Positions 47,282 through 57,700 of a DNA stretch of 61,618 nt are shown here, in pieces. The stretch lies in contig JARGFR010000001.1 of NCBI GenBank assembly GCA_029210985.1, positions 1 through 61,618 on the forward strand, given 5' to 3'. Each line of letters starts with the position of its first letter. Position 1 is the first letter of the stretch. The DNA comes from Spirochaetaceae bacterium. Its GTDB lineage: Bacteria > Spirochaetota > Spirochaetia > DSM-2461. The notes below the pieces were generated by a model that worked only from the letters and a program-made list of their open reading frames with translations, was not told where the DNA came from and made no database searches. Both the position numbers and the translations under genes were made by a program.

Positions 47282-47379
47282 CGTTCTTACGAAAAGGGTC
47301 GGCCGACACATGTCTGTTGATCCGAAAATCATGCCAATTGGGCGATGTGGATAAACTCGCCCCTGATTAGGAGGTTAGC

Positions 47380-48630
47380 ATGAAGAGGATTCTATTGATC
47401 CTGGTTGCGTCGCTTGTTTTGGTTGGCGGTGCTTTCGCCAACGGCGACGGAGATTCCACGAAGAAACCGACGATTGTTTTGGCCCAGAACAAGCCGGAAA
47501 TCGATGCCCAGTTGAAAGCCTACGCCGCACAGTGGGGCGAGGCCAACAATGTTGAAGTCATCATCAAATCCTGCGGCGGCGGCACCTGCGAATTGGGCGA
47601 GATGCTCAAGGCCGACTACGCAGCCGGTGAGATGCCGGATATTTTCGTTATTGCAGGACTTCAGGATTACCTGGAATGGCAGTCAATCGTTCTGGATCTC
47701 TCCGGAGAATCATGGGTGAGCAAGACTTCCGTCGCATTCACCAACGAAGGAAAAACTTACGGCTTCCCTGTTGCCGTCGAAGGTTGGGGTATGGCTTACA
47801 ATGCCGATATCCTGGCTGAAGCCGGTGTGGACCCCGCGTCCCTCGTGAATCTTGACGGCTACCGGGATGCGTTCGCCAAGCTCGATGCGATGAAGGATGC
47901 GTTGGGATTGGACGCCGTCGTTTCCATGGCCGCCGGTCCGGAAATGGGCTGGGTCACCGCCCACCATAACTTCAATTCTCTGCTCTCAAACGGACTTCCC
48001 TACGGAGACACCTCTGTTGTTGACGATCTGCTTACCGGCAATGTCGATGCAAAGCGACTGGCCGAGTATGCCGACTGGGTGGAGCTCCTCTTCAACTACG
48101 CCGACAAAGCCGTTCTGACCACCGGAAACTACGACGCTCAAGTCGGCGCATTCGCCAACGGCAATACCGCCTTCCTGCACCAGGGAAACTGGGTCGACGG
48201 CAACCTGGCCGGCGCCGGAGCCACCTTCAAGACGGCGTTTGCGCCTCATGGCTCCATGGAAAAGGCCACCGACGGCATCTTCGTGGCCGCCCCGTCGTTC
48301 TACGCCGTAAATTCAGAGTCCGAGAATGTCGATGCGGCAAAACAATTCCTCACCGACCTGGCCACAACCGAAGCCGGAGCGAATTACATGGTTCAGGAAG
48401 CCGGAATGATTCCCGCATTCTCAGGCATTTCCCAGAAACCTTCAGGCCAGCTGTCCACCTCCGTGATGGAGTGGTCCGGCAAAGGCAAAGTCTACTCCTG
48501 GAACCAGTACTTGTTCACCGGCGAATTCCGGGACCAGACTCTGGCTCCCATCTACAATCAGTTCGCCAACGGCGCCATTTCGAAAACTGAGTTCATCGAC
48601 TTGATGACAAACGCCTTTAAGAGCCTCTGA
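47380..48630 (+). CDS. Oligosaccharide ABC substrate-binding protein (MsmE-like)
   Basis: Signal peptide AFANG, QNKPEI, MPDIF, YGFPVAVEG, QGNW. Confidence 0.9.
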   Translation: MKRILLILVASLVLVGGAFANGDGDSTKKPTIVLAQNKPEIDAQLKAYAAQWGEANNVEVIIKSCGGGTCELGEMLKADYAAGEMPDIFVIAGLQDYLEWQSIVLDLSGESWVSKTSVAFTNEGKTYGFPVAVEGWGMAYNADILAEAGVDPASLVNLDGYRDAFAKLDAMKDALGLDAVVSMAAGPEMGWVTAHHNFNSLLSNGLPYGDTSVVDDLLTGNVDAKRLAEYADWVELLFNYADKAVLTTGNYDAQVGAFANGNTAFLHQGNWVDGNLAGAGATFKTAFAPHGSMEKATDGIFVAAPSFYAVNSESENVDAAKQFLTDLATTEAGANYMVQEAGMIPAFSGISQKPSGQLSTSVMEWSGKGKVYSWNQYLFTGEFRDQTLAPIYNQFANGAISKTEFIDLMTNAFKSL

Positions 48631-48660
48631 ACGGCGAATCGTACCGATAATTGATGGTAG

Positions 48661-48688
48661 GGGCGGGCAGCGGTGCCCGCCCTCTTTT
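48661..48688 (+). terminator. Intra-operonic terminator/stabiliser after the SBP gene
   Basis: gggcgggca-gcgg-tgcccgccc followed by tctttt. Confidence 0.75.
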
Positions 48689-48764
48689 ATACTTGTAAAA
48701 ACATGAATGCGGGATTCGCATGTGTCATTTGCGGAAAATCCCGTGAGAATTCGGGGGTTCATCC

Positions 48765-49685
48765 ATGGAAAACACCCGGGAAAACAGAATTGTTTTCTGG
48801 CTCTTCCTGGCACCGGTCCTATTCGCCTTCCTGATGGTTGTCGTTATTCCCTTCTTCCTCGGAATCTTCTATTCCTTTACCGACTGGAGTTCCTCGGCCA
48901 GAGCTGGGGGGGGGCTGCAATTTGTCGGTTTGGAGAATTTTTCCGAGAGCTTGAAGGATCCTTCTTTTCTCTACTCCTTCCTCCTCAGCTTCATCTATAC
49001 GGGGTTGAACGTCCTCGCCATCAATATCATTTCCTTCGCATTGGCCCTCATGGTCACTTCCGCCATCAAGGGCCGAAACCTTTATCGAGTGGGGTTCTTT
49101 CTTCCCAATCTCATCGGCGGCCTGATTCTCGGCTATGTCTGGCAGTTCATCTTTAATAATGCCCTTCCGGGTCTGGGAGAAGTATGGAAGGTGCTGGCCC
49201 CTCTGGCCGAGCCGGAAAATCTGGTATTGGCCGGAAGAAGCAAATCGGTTCTGGCGCTGGTGGTCGTGGGAACCTGGCAATATGCGGGATATATCATGAT
49301 GATCTACGTCGCCGCCTTGGAGAGCGTTCCGGTGGAACTCCATGAAGCGGCTCGGATAGACGGCGCAAGTGCCTGGCATCGACTTAAGAACATTACAGTT
49401 CCAATGGTAGCCCAGGCCTTCACCATCACGCTGTTTCTCACATTGGTGAACTCATTCAAGCAGTTTGATGTCAACGTTTCCCTCACCAACGGCGGTCCAT
49501 CCACGATGTTCATGGGCAAACCGATATTCGGAACCGAATTGTTGGCACTGGATATCTATCGAACCGCCTTTGTCGCCAACAACCTGGCACAGGGTCAGGC
49601 CCGGGCATTTATCTTCTTCATCGTCCTGGTGATCATCTCCATTCTTCAGGTGAGAACCAGCAAAAAAAGGGAGATTGAACTATGA
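48765..49685 (+). CDS. Carbohydrate ABC permease (MsmF-like)
   Basis: FVGLENF, EAARIDGAS, LTNGGP. Confidence 0.92.
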   Translation: MENTRENRIVFWLFLAPVLFAFLMVVVIPFFLGIFYSFTDWSSSARAGGGLQFVGLENFSESLKDPSFLYSFLLSFIYTGLNVLAINIISFALALMVTSAIKGRNLYRVGFFLPNLIGGLILGYVWQFIFNNALPGLGEVWKVLAPLAEPENLVLAGRSKSVLALVVVGTWQYAGYIMMIYVAALESVPVELHEAARIDGASAWHRLKNITVPMVAQAFTITLFLTLVNSFKQFDVNVSLTNGGPSTMFMGKPIFGTELLALDIYRTAFVANNLAQGQARAFIFFIVLVIISILQVRTSKKREIEL

Positions 49686-50539
49686 ACGAACGCAGGCGAG
49701 AATCGCTTATCCTGGAAATCCTCACCGCTCTGCTGTTTATCCTCTTCCTTCTGCCCTTCGCCATTGTTCTTATCAACTCGGCCAAGGATGCCTTTACGGT
49801 GACGGATTCCCCGATGAGTCTTCCCGAGGATTGGCTTCAGCTTTTCCGGAATATTGCCGACATATGGACCAGCCCGAACGTTCAGTACAAATCATCTTTC
49901 ATGACGTCGGCGGTGATTACCATCGGGTCTCTGGCCGCCATCACGTTTTTTTCATCCCAAGCCGCCTGGGTTCTGGTGAGAACAAAGTCCAAACTGTCCA
50001 ATTTCTTTTTCATCATGTTCGTGGCGGCCATGGTGATACCTTTCCAGATCGTGATGTTCCCGCTGCTTTCCTGGTTCAGAGTGGTCTACCAGGTGGTGGG
50101 CATTAAGCTGCTCCGCACGGTCGGAGGCATGATTCTCTCCTACCTGGGATTCGGCATGTCCCTGTCCATCTTCATGTACCACGGCTTTATCAAGAGCATC
50201 CCCTACGAACTCGAAGAAGCGGCCAACATCGACGGCGCCTCCCGGATCGGAACCTTCTACCGAATCGTCTATCCCATCCTGAAGCCGATTCACGCCACCG
50301 TGCTGGTGCTCAACGGCATCTGGATCTGGAACGACTATCTGCTGCCCCTTTTGGTACTCGGAAAAGGCAATCGGGTGATGACCATACCTCTGGCCGTGTC
50401 GAATTTCGCCGGCGCTTATGTGAAACAGTGGGATTTGATCCTCACGTCCATCCTAATGGCCATGATTCCCGTCATCATTTTCTTCCTCTTTGCCCAGAAG
50501 AGCATCATTAAGGGGATGGTCCAGGGATCCATCAAATAG
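49682..50539 (+). CDS. Carbohydrate ABC permease (MsmG-like)
   Basis: EEAANIDGAS, WNDYLLP, QKSIIKGMVQGSIK. Confidence 0.92.
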   Translation: MNERRRESLILEILTALLFILFLLPFAIVLINSAKDAFTVTDSPMSLPEDWLQLFRNIADIWTSPNVQYKSSFMTSAVITIGSLAAITFFSSQAAWVLVRTKSKLSNFFFIMFVAAMVIPFQIVMFPLLSWFRVVYQVVGIKLLRTVGGMILSYLGFGMSLSIFMYHGFIKSIPYELEEAANIDGASRIGTFYRIVYPILKPIHATVLVLNGIWIWNDYLLPLLVLGKGNRVMTIPLAVSNFAGAYVKQWDLILTSILMAMIPVIIFFLFAQKSIIKGMVQGSIK

Positions 50540-50553
50540 TCTCGGTTCTCACC

Positions 50554-51021
50554 TTGATGACGGTTTCCGGCGCTTTGGGCAGTCTTGCACTTTTCCTCAC
50601 GGAAACAACGGCCCGCTGTCCTGTAATATGGAAGTCCCTCACCTTGGGATCCGCAATCTTTTTCATCGTGACGCCGCTGCTGGCTCCGGCTCTCATCGTC
50701 CTTATGCCCTCGGACATACTGATACGGCCACGCCGCCGCTTCGCCGAGACACCGCGAACCCGGCTTATTCCCTACATCTTGTGGCATCTGGTGAAAAACC
50801 TGTTGGGGTTTTCGCTGATGATGTTGGGATTCCTGCTTCTCTTTATGCCTGGACAGGGGCTGCTGACTCTCTTTGCCGGCACGCTGCTGGCGGATCTTCC
50901 GTTCAAGCGCCGTCTCCTTGCACGACTCCTGGGAGCAGGCGGCGTCAGACCGGGGGTGGAAAAAATCAGGAGGCGATTCGGCAGGACTCCGCTGATTTTC
51001 CCGGAAAACGGCGATTTATAG
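50554..51021 (+). CDS. PGPGW-family small membrane protein
   Basis: KNLLG..L...G..LLFMPGQGLLT......D.PFKR. Confidence 0.7.
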   Translation: MMTVSGALGSLALFLTETTARCPVIWKSLTLGSAIFFIVTPLLAPALIVLMPSDILIRPRRRFAETPRTRLIPYILWHLVKNLLGFSLMMLGFLLLFMPGQGLLTLFAGTLLADLPFKRRLLARLLGAGGVRPGVEKIRRRFGRTPLIFPENGDL

Positions 51022-51069
51022 AGATTGTTTGACGGCACAGAACCCGGCAGTGCATCGAGACCTCCGGTT

Positions 51070-52266
51070 CTAGAAAAGCGCTCCCAGCGCTCCCGCCGCG
51101 GCGACGCCCAGATAGTTGCCTACAGCGTGTCCGAGAATGCCCGTAGTAATACCGGGCGCCACCATATCCCGATTACCGATGGCGGCGGCTGTCAGGCCGA
51201 CAAAGGGGGGTGAGCAAATAGCACTGGTGGAGGTGACCAGAAGGGTGTCGGTATCCACTCTGAAAACCCGAGCCAGAAGGATATGGAGAAGGAAAGAACC
51301 GAAAAGACAGAATCCGACAAAAAGAAACAGGGACGGGGCCGCCTGAAGAAGAATTTTCAAATCCGCCAAGGCCCCAACGGAAACACAGAAGACCAGAATA
51401 AGGAACTGACCCACCGGGTAACTGAGCTGCTGCTGTCTGACGCCGGGAATGAAAGACGCCGCCAGACTGAGGGTGGTGAGGGTCAGAATAGTGAGGACCA
51501 TGGCCGATCCTTCGGGTGCGAAAAGAAAAACACTTCCCCCCAGTCCGGCCACCACAACGGCAAGAGCAAGACTGATCAGTATGCCTTTGATGCTGCTGCG
51601 CCGGAGCAAAATCGAATAGGAATCCTCTTCGGACGCGGCATGGAGCACCTCTCCGGCCGACGCGGCATGAGTCGGACCGATCGCTTTGGAGGACTGAACG
51701 GGGCGGTAGGCGGGGAGTACCCGGGAAAGAACTTTCTTCGCAATCGTAATGACGAAAAGCAGATAAATTGCCGACAAGACAAGATCGGCGGTATGCACGG
51801 TCAGGTACGCACTCTGGGAGACGTTCAACGCCCTGGAGATGGCCGCCAGGTTCGGAGTGCCGCCGGTGTAGACACCCACCACCATCCCGGCGATTTTTGC
51901 GCTCTCGGGTATCCGTTCCCGGAAAATCAAATGGGCCGCCGTCACCACAATGACGATGCTCACCGACGCCAGCACCATAGAAAGGCCCGCTCTTCCGGTT
52001 AGGGTGCGCGATTTTGCCAGGTCAACAGAGAAGAGGAGAAGAGGAATGGAGAGGGCGACGGCTGCGGTCTGAGTGAGATCCAGTGCTCCCGCCGCGCGTT
52101 CACCCACCAGTCCGGTGTTCGCCAGAAGGATTCCTGCAATATAGCAGACGATGATGGGATTGAGTCTGTTCAGCCACTTCCATCCGGCTCTATCACGTAT
52201 GAGAAGCAGCAGAAGAGGAAACCCGAAAGAAACAGCGATAAGAGCCCAGCCGGGAAGCACTACCAC
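51070..52266 (-). CDS. DUF819-family membrane protein
   Basis: IPLLLFS.DL, GVYTGGTPNL, STSAICSPPF, GILGHAVGNYLG. Confidence 0.82.
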   Translation of the reverse strand: MVVLPGWALIAVSFGFPLLLLLIRDRAGWKWLNRLNPIIVCYIAGILLANTGLVGERAAGALDLTQTAAVALSIPLLLFSVDLAKSRTLTGRAGLSMVLASVSIVIVVTAAHLIFRERIPESAKIAGMVVGVYTGGTPNLAAISRALNVSQSAYLTVHTADLVLSAIYLLFVITIAKKVLSRVLPAYRPVQSSKAIGPTHAASAGEVLHAASEEDSYSILLRRSSIKGILISLALAVVVAGLGGSVFLFAPEGSAMVLTILTLTTLSLAASFIPGVRQQQLSYPVGQFLILVFCVSVGALADLKILLQAAPSLFLFVGFCLFGSFLLHILLARVFRVDTDTLLVTSTSAICSPPFVGLTAAAIGNRDMVAPGITTGILGHAVGNYLGVAAAGALGALF

Positions 52267-53498
52267 TCACCGCGGTTCACGAGAATGTCCCGGAGTCCCT
52301 TGTAGGCAATTTCCCACTTGTATCCGGATACTCGACGGCTGGGAAAACGGAATCGATACTGAGCCTTTTCGAACCGGAACTCGAACTTCTGCTGTTTGAA
52401 CGTGTTGGCGGCCGTGGTTTCCTTGAGGGGAAACACTTTCAGCTCTCCGCCGATGTCGCCGACTTCGATACGGTCTCGATAGAGCCGTGCTTCGCCTTCA
52501 TGCACCTGCATCATCGGCTGGGCACGGGCGCCCCTCATCAGCACGATGCCCGAATCCCTCAGAAGCACTGGGTCCGAATCACCCCCGGCGTTCGCCGCTT
52601 CAATTTGTTCCCGAATCCGGGTAATCAGCAGGTTGTTCTGCCAGGAAATCCAGTCCGCCGGATGAGGAAAGGACGGACCGTTTTCGGGGTACTGAAAGAA
52701 CCCATATCGATCAATACTGACGGTGTAGCCGCATGTACATTCAGCGGTATTTCCCTGGGAATGCAATGTGCCGATGTTCTCACAGGACGGACAGGCCCAA
52801 TGGGCGAGTTCGAGATGCTCGGCCCTTTTTTCGCTGCGAATCGGCACCATGGCCGTCTTCTGCCATTCGTATTCATCGTATTCGAGTGCGTCGGTAATAC
52901 GCTGTTCAATCTCCGCGAGTTTGAGTGTTTTAATCTCTTCGCTGTCAATCACACGCTTGAAGTGCACTTCAATCCGGCATCGCCGGGATTTCCATGTCCA
53001 GCGGGGCTTGGTGAGATACCCGCCCTTGAAAACCGGCACGATTACAGGAACTTTCAGAAACCTCACCAGCTTGGCGGTGGCCGGTATCAGTTCCCGAGTT
53101 CTTCCGTCCCAATTCTGCGTTCCTTCGGGGAAAATACCTCCGATATGCCGGAGTGCGATGGCTTTCTTGAGTTCCTGAATAGTCACCATATCAGACTGTT
53201 CCTTCACCTTGGGGATTGCTCCGCCAAGGAGGAGGATTGTCTTGAAAGCGTCTCTGAAGGCGGCGTCCGAAGCAACCCATCGAATGGGCCGGAGAATGGG
53301 AAAGGAGACAAGGAAAGGATCCCATTGATTGGTGTGGTTCGGCAGGATCAGAAACGGACCCCGTGTGGAATAGACCGCTTTGAGATTTTTGTAGTGAACG
53401 TTATGCACGAAATGCACCGCGAAGAATAACAATATTTTCGCGAGGAAGTTCATTATACCGATGGCAATCAAGTGCAGGAATGTGATAATTATTTTCAT
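52260..53498 (-). CDS. Lysophospholipid (PlsC-like) acyltransferase with C-terminal Cys-rich extension
   Basis: NHTNQWD (HX4D), IFPEG, CPSC...CTCG. Start uncertain. Confidence 0.85.
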   Translation of the reverse strand: MKIIITFLHLIAIGIMNFLAKILLFFAVHFVHNVHYKNLKAVYSTRGPFLILPNHTNQWDPFLVSFPILRPIRWVASDAAFRDAFKTILLLGGAIPKVKEQSDMVTIQELKKAIALRHIGGIFPEGTQNWDGRTRELIPATAKLVRFLKVPVIVPVFKGGYLTKPRWTWKSRRCRIEVHFKRVIDSEEIKTLKLAEIEQRITDALEYDEYEWQKTAMVPIRSEKRAEHLELAHWACPSCENIGTLHSQGNTAECTCGYTVSIDRYGFFQYPENGPSFPHPADWISWQNNLLITRIREQIEAANAGGDSDPVLLRDSGIVLMRGARAQPMMQVHEGEARLYRDRIEVGDIGGELKVFPLKETTAANTFKQQKFEFRFEKAQYRFRFPSRRVSGYKWEIAYKGLRDILVNRGEW

Positions 53499-53644
53499 TT
53501 TTTTTTGACACTCTTGGTGCCTGCGTATTTTATCTGACCTCCTCTCGGCTGTCGAGATGTATCGGATGCCGTAAGATCAAGGTCTTCCCATGACGGAAAT
53601 TATCAGTAAACTGGCTATAATTACCAGGAAACCGGAGATATCGC

Positions 53645-54940
53645 ATGAATCCCCAAGCCGCCGAACTCAACGCCATTCTCGAAACCGAGGGAGCTGCCGC
53701 GCTCAAACTCTTGTCGGAGAAAGGAAAACGAATCTTTTTCCCCCGAAAGGGCTTGGTTGCACAAGGCCTGGATGCGAAGGGCAAATCCATCAACGCCTCC
53801 ATAGGAGAAGCAAAAGAAGATGACGGATCTCCCCTTCGTCTGTCTCCTCTGGCGGACAGGGTGAAACTTCCCCCCGCCGACGCCTTCAGCTATGCCCCCA
53901 GTTTCGGCAAACCCGCTCTTCGGGACCGCTGGGCGGCGATGATAAGGGAAAAAAACCCCACCCTGGGACAGACGCCCATATCCCGGCCTGTGGCCACCAA
54001 TGCCCTCACCCACGGTTTGTCTGTGGCGGGATATCTGTTTGTCGACGATGGTGATGAAATCATTCTGCCCCGGCATTATTGGGGCAACTACCGCCTTGTT
54101 TTCAGTGAACCTTACGGAGCCGTGATGCGAACCTTCGAAACCTTTGACGGCGAAGGTCCGGATGCCGGATTCAATGTCGCGGCGTTCTCCGAGGCTCTGA
54201 TGTCCGATGGTGACAAGAAGATTGTGCTGCTCAATTTCCCCAACAATCCCACCGGATACACTCCGACGGTAGAAGAAGCGGACGCCATTATCGGTGTCGT
54301 TGAAAAAGCGGCACAGGCTGGAAAAACAGTCCTGGTTATCACCGATGATGCGTATTTCGGATTGGTCTTCCGCGAAGGCATCGCCGTCGAATCGCCGTTT
54401 GCCCGATTTGCAAGTCTCCATGAGAACGTTGTCGCCTGCAAGGTGGACGGAGCCACAAAGGAAGACTACGTCTGGGGTTTCCGGGTCGGCTTCATCACCT
54501 TCGCCGGAATAGGTCTGAGCGGTAAAGCCATTGCCGCACTGGAGGACAAAGCGGCCGGTCGGGTCAGGGGAAGTATTTCCAACGATTCCCACCTGGCTCA
54601 GTCTCTATTGTTGGCCGCTTATGACGATCCTGCTTATCCGGGTGAAAAGAAAAGAGCCTTCGGTCTTCTCAAGGCCCGACATGATGCGGTGGACGCTGAG
54701 CTTCGCAACCATCCCGAGTATGCCGAGCGGTTTGTTGCTCTGCCCTATAACTCGGGATATTTCATGTGCGTGAAGGTGGCCAAGGGAGACGCGGAAGCCG
54801 TACGGCAGAGACTGCTGGATGCCTACGATACAGGGGTCATCGCTTTGGACGACCTGGTCCGGGTGGCATATTCTTCACTGCCCGAACATCAGATTCCCCG
54901 GCTGTTCGCCAATTTGTACAAGGCCTGCGGGGACGTTTAG
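53645..54940 (+). CDS. Class I/II PLP-dependent aminotransferase
   Basis: LNFPNNPTGY, DDAYFG, DGATKEDYVWGFRVG. Confidence 0.92.
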   Translation: MNPQAAELNAILETEGAAALKLLSEKGKRIFFPRKGLVAQGLDAKGKSINASIGEAKEDDGSPLRLSPLADRVKLPPADAFSYAPSFGKPALRDRWAAMIREKNPTLGQTPISRPVATNALTHGLSVAGYLFVDDGDEIILPRHYWGNYRLVFSEPYGAVMRTFETFDGEGPDAGFNVAAFSEALMSDGDKKIVLLNFPNNPTGYTPTVEEADAIIGVVEKAAQAGKTVLVITDDAYFGLVFREGIAVESPFARFASLHENVVACKVDGATKEDYVWGFRVGFITFAGIGLSGKAIAALEDKAAGRVRGSISNDSHLAQSLLLAAYDDPAYPGEKKRAFGLLKARHDAVDAELRNHPEYAERFVALPYNSGYFMCVKVAKGDAEAVRQRLLDAYDTGVIALDDLVRVAYSSLPEHQIPRLFANLYKACGDV

Positions 54941-54978
54941 GGAAGAACTCTTCCGGGAGAATCAAGCCCGACCGGCTG

Positions 54979-55929
54979 TTAAAGCCACTCGGCTTCCGGC
55001 CCCAACGCTTCATCCTCCGCCGGCAGTCCGAAGGCGGCCATAATCGCTCCCTTCACCTGATCCAGGCGTTCGACGCCCCGAAAGACATCTCGGATATACT
55101 CGTCCCGGCTTAGAAGCAGAATCGGCACCGGATTACGATTGTGATCCGCACTGAGGGCGTCTTCGCAGTTTCCATGGTCACTCACCACCAGGATCGCCGT
55201 ATCGTTCCGGTCCGTCTCCGCCATCAGGGTTTTCAAAAACAAATTGATCTCCCCAAGAGCCCTCTCGAGGTCCTCGTGCCGTTTCTTATGGGCATAGGAG
55301 TCGGTGGCGAAATACTCATGAAACACAAAATCCGCTTCGTCCAGAATTCCGGACATACGGCGAGCGGCCTCGTCGGCGGTGATGAGAGGTATTTCATACC
55401 CCCGATCCCGCAGAAAACGGTTCGTTAAATCCGTGAAAAGGGCCCTTTCCCGTTCATAGTCGGCAATCATCCGGAACGCGGCCTCCGAGGATCGGATCGT
55501 CAGGGCCGAAACGGGCAGCATGTTCCGACCGCGTTTGCGTCCCAATTCCTCGCGGCGCCGAAAGAACTCCGGGGTGTAGAGATTCGAAGCCGTCACGTCC
55601 AGTCCGTAATCGGAAAGGGTCTTCATGAGGCTCTGCTCTTCCACGAGCGTCACAAGCTCGGTGTTGGGCAGGGCCGTCAGGTGATAGCCCAGCATGGCCG
55701 GGGCGTTTATACCCGTCATGAGCATCGCCTGACCTGTGGCGGACTGGGGCCGCCCCGGCACGCCGCCGGTGGCATCGGCCGAAACCAAGATTCCTTCGGG
55801 GAATTCGGCCGGAGCGGCATCGGCCGTAAATCGTACATCGGTGATTCCATCCAGGAGAGTTCGGGCCGGATTCGTCTCGTCGTCGGTTCCAAGTCCCAAT
55901 CCGTCTATGAAGAACAGGAGTAATTTCAT
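54979..55929 (-). CDS. Alkaline-phosphatase-superfamily metalloenzyme (phosphomutase-like)
   Basis: FIDGLG, PQSATGQ, TDSYAH, VSDHGN, HNRNPVP. Confidence 0.85.
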   Translation of the reverse strand: MKLLLFFIDGLGLGTDDETNPARTLLDGITDVRFTADAAPAEFPEGILVSADATGGVPGRPQSATGQAMLMTGINAPAMLGYHLTALPNTELVTLVEEQSLMKTLSDYGLDVTASNLYTPEFFRRREELGRKRGRNMLPVSALTIRSSEAAFRMIADYERERALFTDLTNRFLRDRGYEIPLITADEAARRMSGILDEADFVFHEYFATDSYAHKKRHEDLERALGEINLFLKTLMAETDRNDTAILVVSDHGNCEDALSADHNRNPVPILLLSRDEYIRDVFRGVERLDQVKGAIMAAFGLPAEDEALGPEAEWL

Positions 55930-55982
55930 CCGTCTGCCGCCATAGGGGGTATTCTGTTCCCGGGCGGCACCCGAGTCAATGA

Positions 55983-56646
55983 TCAGTAGTCGCCGAGACC
56001 GTCGAAGGTATTATTTGGAAAGCCGATCCACTCATCGTCGGGATTAAAGGCGTTTTTCGGGTCTGTATCGCCGACGAGAACGGTGTTTTTACGCCGGAGG
56101 GTGGCGTTGTAAGTTGTGGACTATTCATTGTCACCGACCCATCCGGAACCGACATACTCGTCTATCTTGCGAATGGAATCCACAATGTCGGTTCCTCGTT
56201 TCAGTATGACCACATCGTTGCCGTCGAATGTCCTGAAATCTTCATAGTACTCAAGCTGATAATACTCTTTCAATTCATCACTCGCTCTTGAGTTGACCAG
56301 GACATAGCACTCTCCCGGAGCCAGGCTGACCGGCTTCCGTATCTGACGGATTTAACTGAATCGTTCTTGATAAATACGTGGTTCCGTCTTCATAAATTTC
56401 AACGAAGTACTCGCTCAAATCCGCCGTCGCATCTCCGATGTTGCTGATTTCCAATGCCCTGTTGTAGCTGTCTCCCTCGACATACTCGCTGATGATGAGC
56501 ACGGTCGGAATCGGTGTTTCTTCGGTGTTTTTCGACTGGTCCGCTGTCTCTCCAGCGGGATTCATACAGGAAAGCAGGAGCGTGAGGCCCAAGACGCAGA
56601 GTAGTCTATTGACGATAGGGGCGAACCGTCCCGGGGAGCTGTTCAT
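55983..56646 (-). pseudogene. Lamin-tail-domain lipoprotein (ExeM/NucH-type N-terminal module), with a frameshift and a nonsense mutation
   Basis: Lipobox LLSC, IISEYVEGDSYNRALEI.N. Frameshift near 56330 continues LAPGECYVL..FDGNDVV.L..IVDSI. TAG at 56121-56123, then TLRRK...EWIGFP.NTFDGLG to TGA 55983. Confidence 0.8.
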
Positions 56647-56720
56647 ATATCTCCTAGACAAAAGGTCTGCTATCCGCCGTCGCCGTATATCGCAAGCAAA
56701 TTTTCTCCCGGGATCAATCG

Positions 56721-56738
56721 TTGCGAAAGGATGCACAA
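56721..56738. promoter_or_regulatory. Putative Rex operator upstream of nfnAB
   Basis: TTGCGAA-AGGA-TGCACAA, 2 mismatches to the Rex consensus TTGTGAA-N4-TTCACAA. Confidence 0.65.
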
Positions 56739-56851
56739 AAAGTCATAATATAAATAGAAATTAACCTTGTTTTTGGTGTGTACAGACGTTAATATAGGGC
56801 AATTTTTATATATAAATTGTGAAAGACCCAAAATCCCTGGAGTAATAATCA

Positions 56852-57700
56852 ATGAACCGAATTGTCAAAAAGCGCCGTCTTTCCGCGGATGTATTCCGCT
56901 TCACGTTCGAGGCCCCGAACATCGCCAGAGAAAGAAAGGCCGGTCAGTTTCTCATCGTCCAGCTGGACAATGATTTCGCCGAACGCTTCCCCCTCACCAT
57001 CGCCGATGCCGATCCCGAAACCGGCACGATCGACATCATTTTCCAGGCTGTCGGCGCCTCGACGATGAAGCTCGCAGCCATGGAGGAAGGGGACAGCATC
57101 GCCAATGTCCTGGGCCCGCTGGGAACCCCCACTCATATAGAAAAAGTGGACGGGCCGGTTGTCTGTGTCGGCGGCGGCATCGGGGTGGCCCCCATGCACC
57201 CCATAGTCCAGGCTCTGCGGGCGGCAGGCAATGAGATCATCGTCATCATGGGCGCCAGGAACAAAGAGCTGCTCATCATGGAGAATGAGATGAAGGCTCT
57301 CGCCGATACGCTCATCGTCTGCACCGACGACGGTTCCTACGGGCGGAAGGCCCTGGTAACCGAGCCCCTGAAGGAATACTGCGAATCCGATAACCCGCCG
57401 GCTCTGGCCTTCGCCATCGGTCCGCCCATAATGATGAAATTCTGCGCCGAAACAACCAAGCCTTTCGGTATTCCTACGATGGTGTCCCTGAACACCATCA
57501 TGGTGGACGGAACGGGAATGTGCGGAGGATGCCGGGTGACCGTGGGTGACGAGACGAAATTCGTCTGTGTCGACGGCCCGGAGTTCGACGGCCATAAAGT
57601 CGACTTCAACAATATGATGCTCCGGCTTAAAGCATATAAGCCTCAGGAAGAGGACCATAAATGCCGGGTTGGCGCCGATGTACCGGGAGAATCGAAATGA
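56852..57700 (+). CDS. nfnA: Electron-bifurcating transhydrogenase small subunit (NfnA/SudB)
   Basis: ERFPLTIAD, GPLG, GGGIG, DDGSYG, MVDGTGMCGGCR...FVCVDGPEF. Confidence 0.88.
   Translation: MNRIVKKRRLSADVFRFTFEAPNIARERKAGQFLIVQLDNDFAERFPLTIADADPETGTIDIIFQAVGASTMKLAAMEEGDSIANVLGPLGTPTHIEKVDGPVVCVGGGIGVAPMHPIVQALRAAGNEIIVIMGARNKELLIMENEMKALADTLIVCTDDGSYGRKALVTEPLKEYCESDNPPALAFAIGPPIMMKFCAETTKPFGIPTMVSLNTIMVDGTGMCGGCRVTVGDETKFVCVDGPEFDGHKVDFNNMMLRLKAYKPQEEDHKCRVGADVPGESK

Noticed and set aside
56121-56123. In-frame TAG as pyrrolysine or recoded stop
   Set aside because: The same gene also has a frameshift, TAG ends many intact genes in this window, and no pyl genes are visible.
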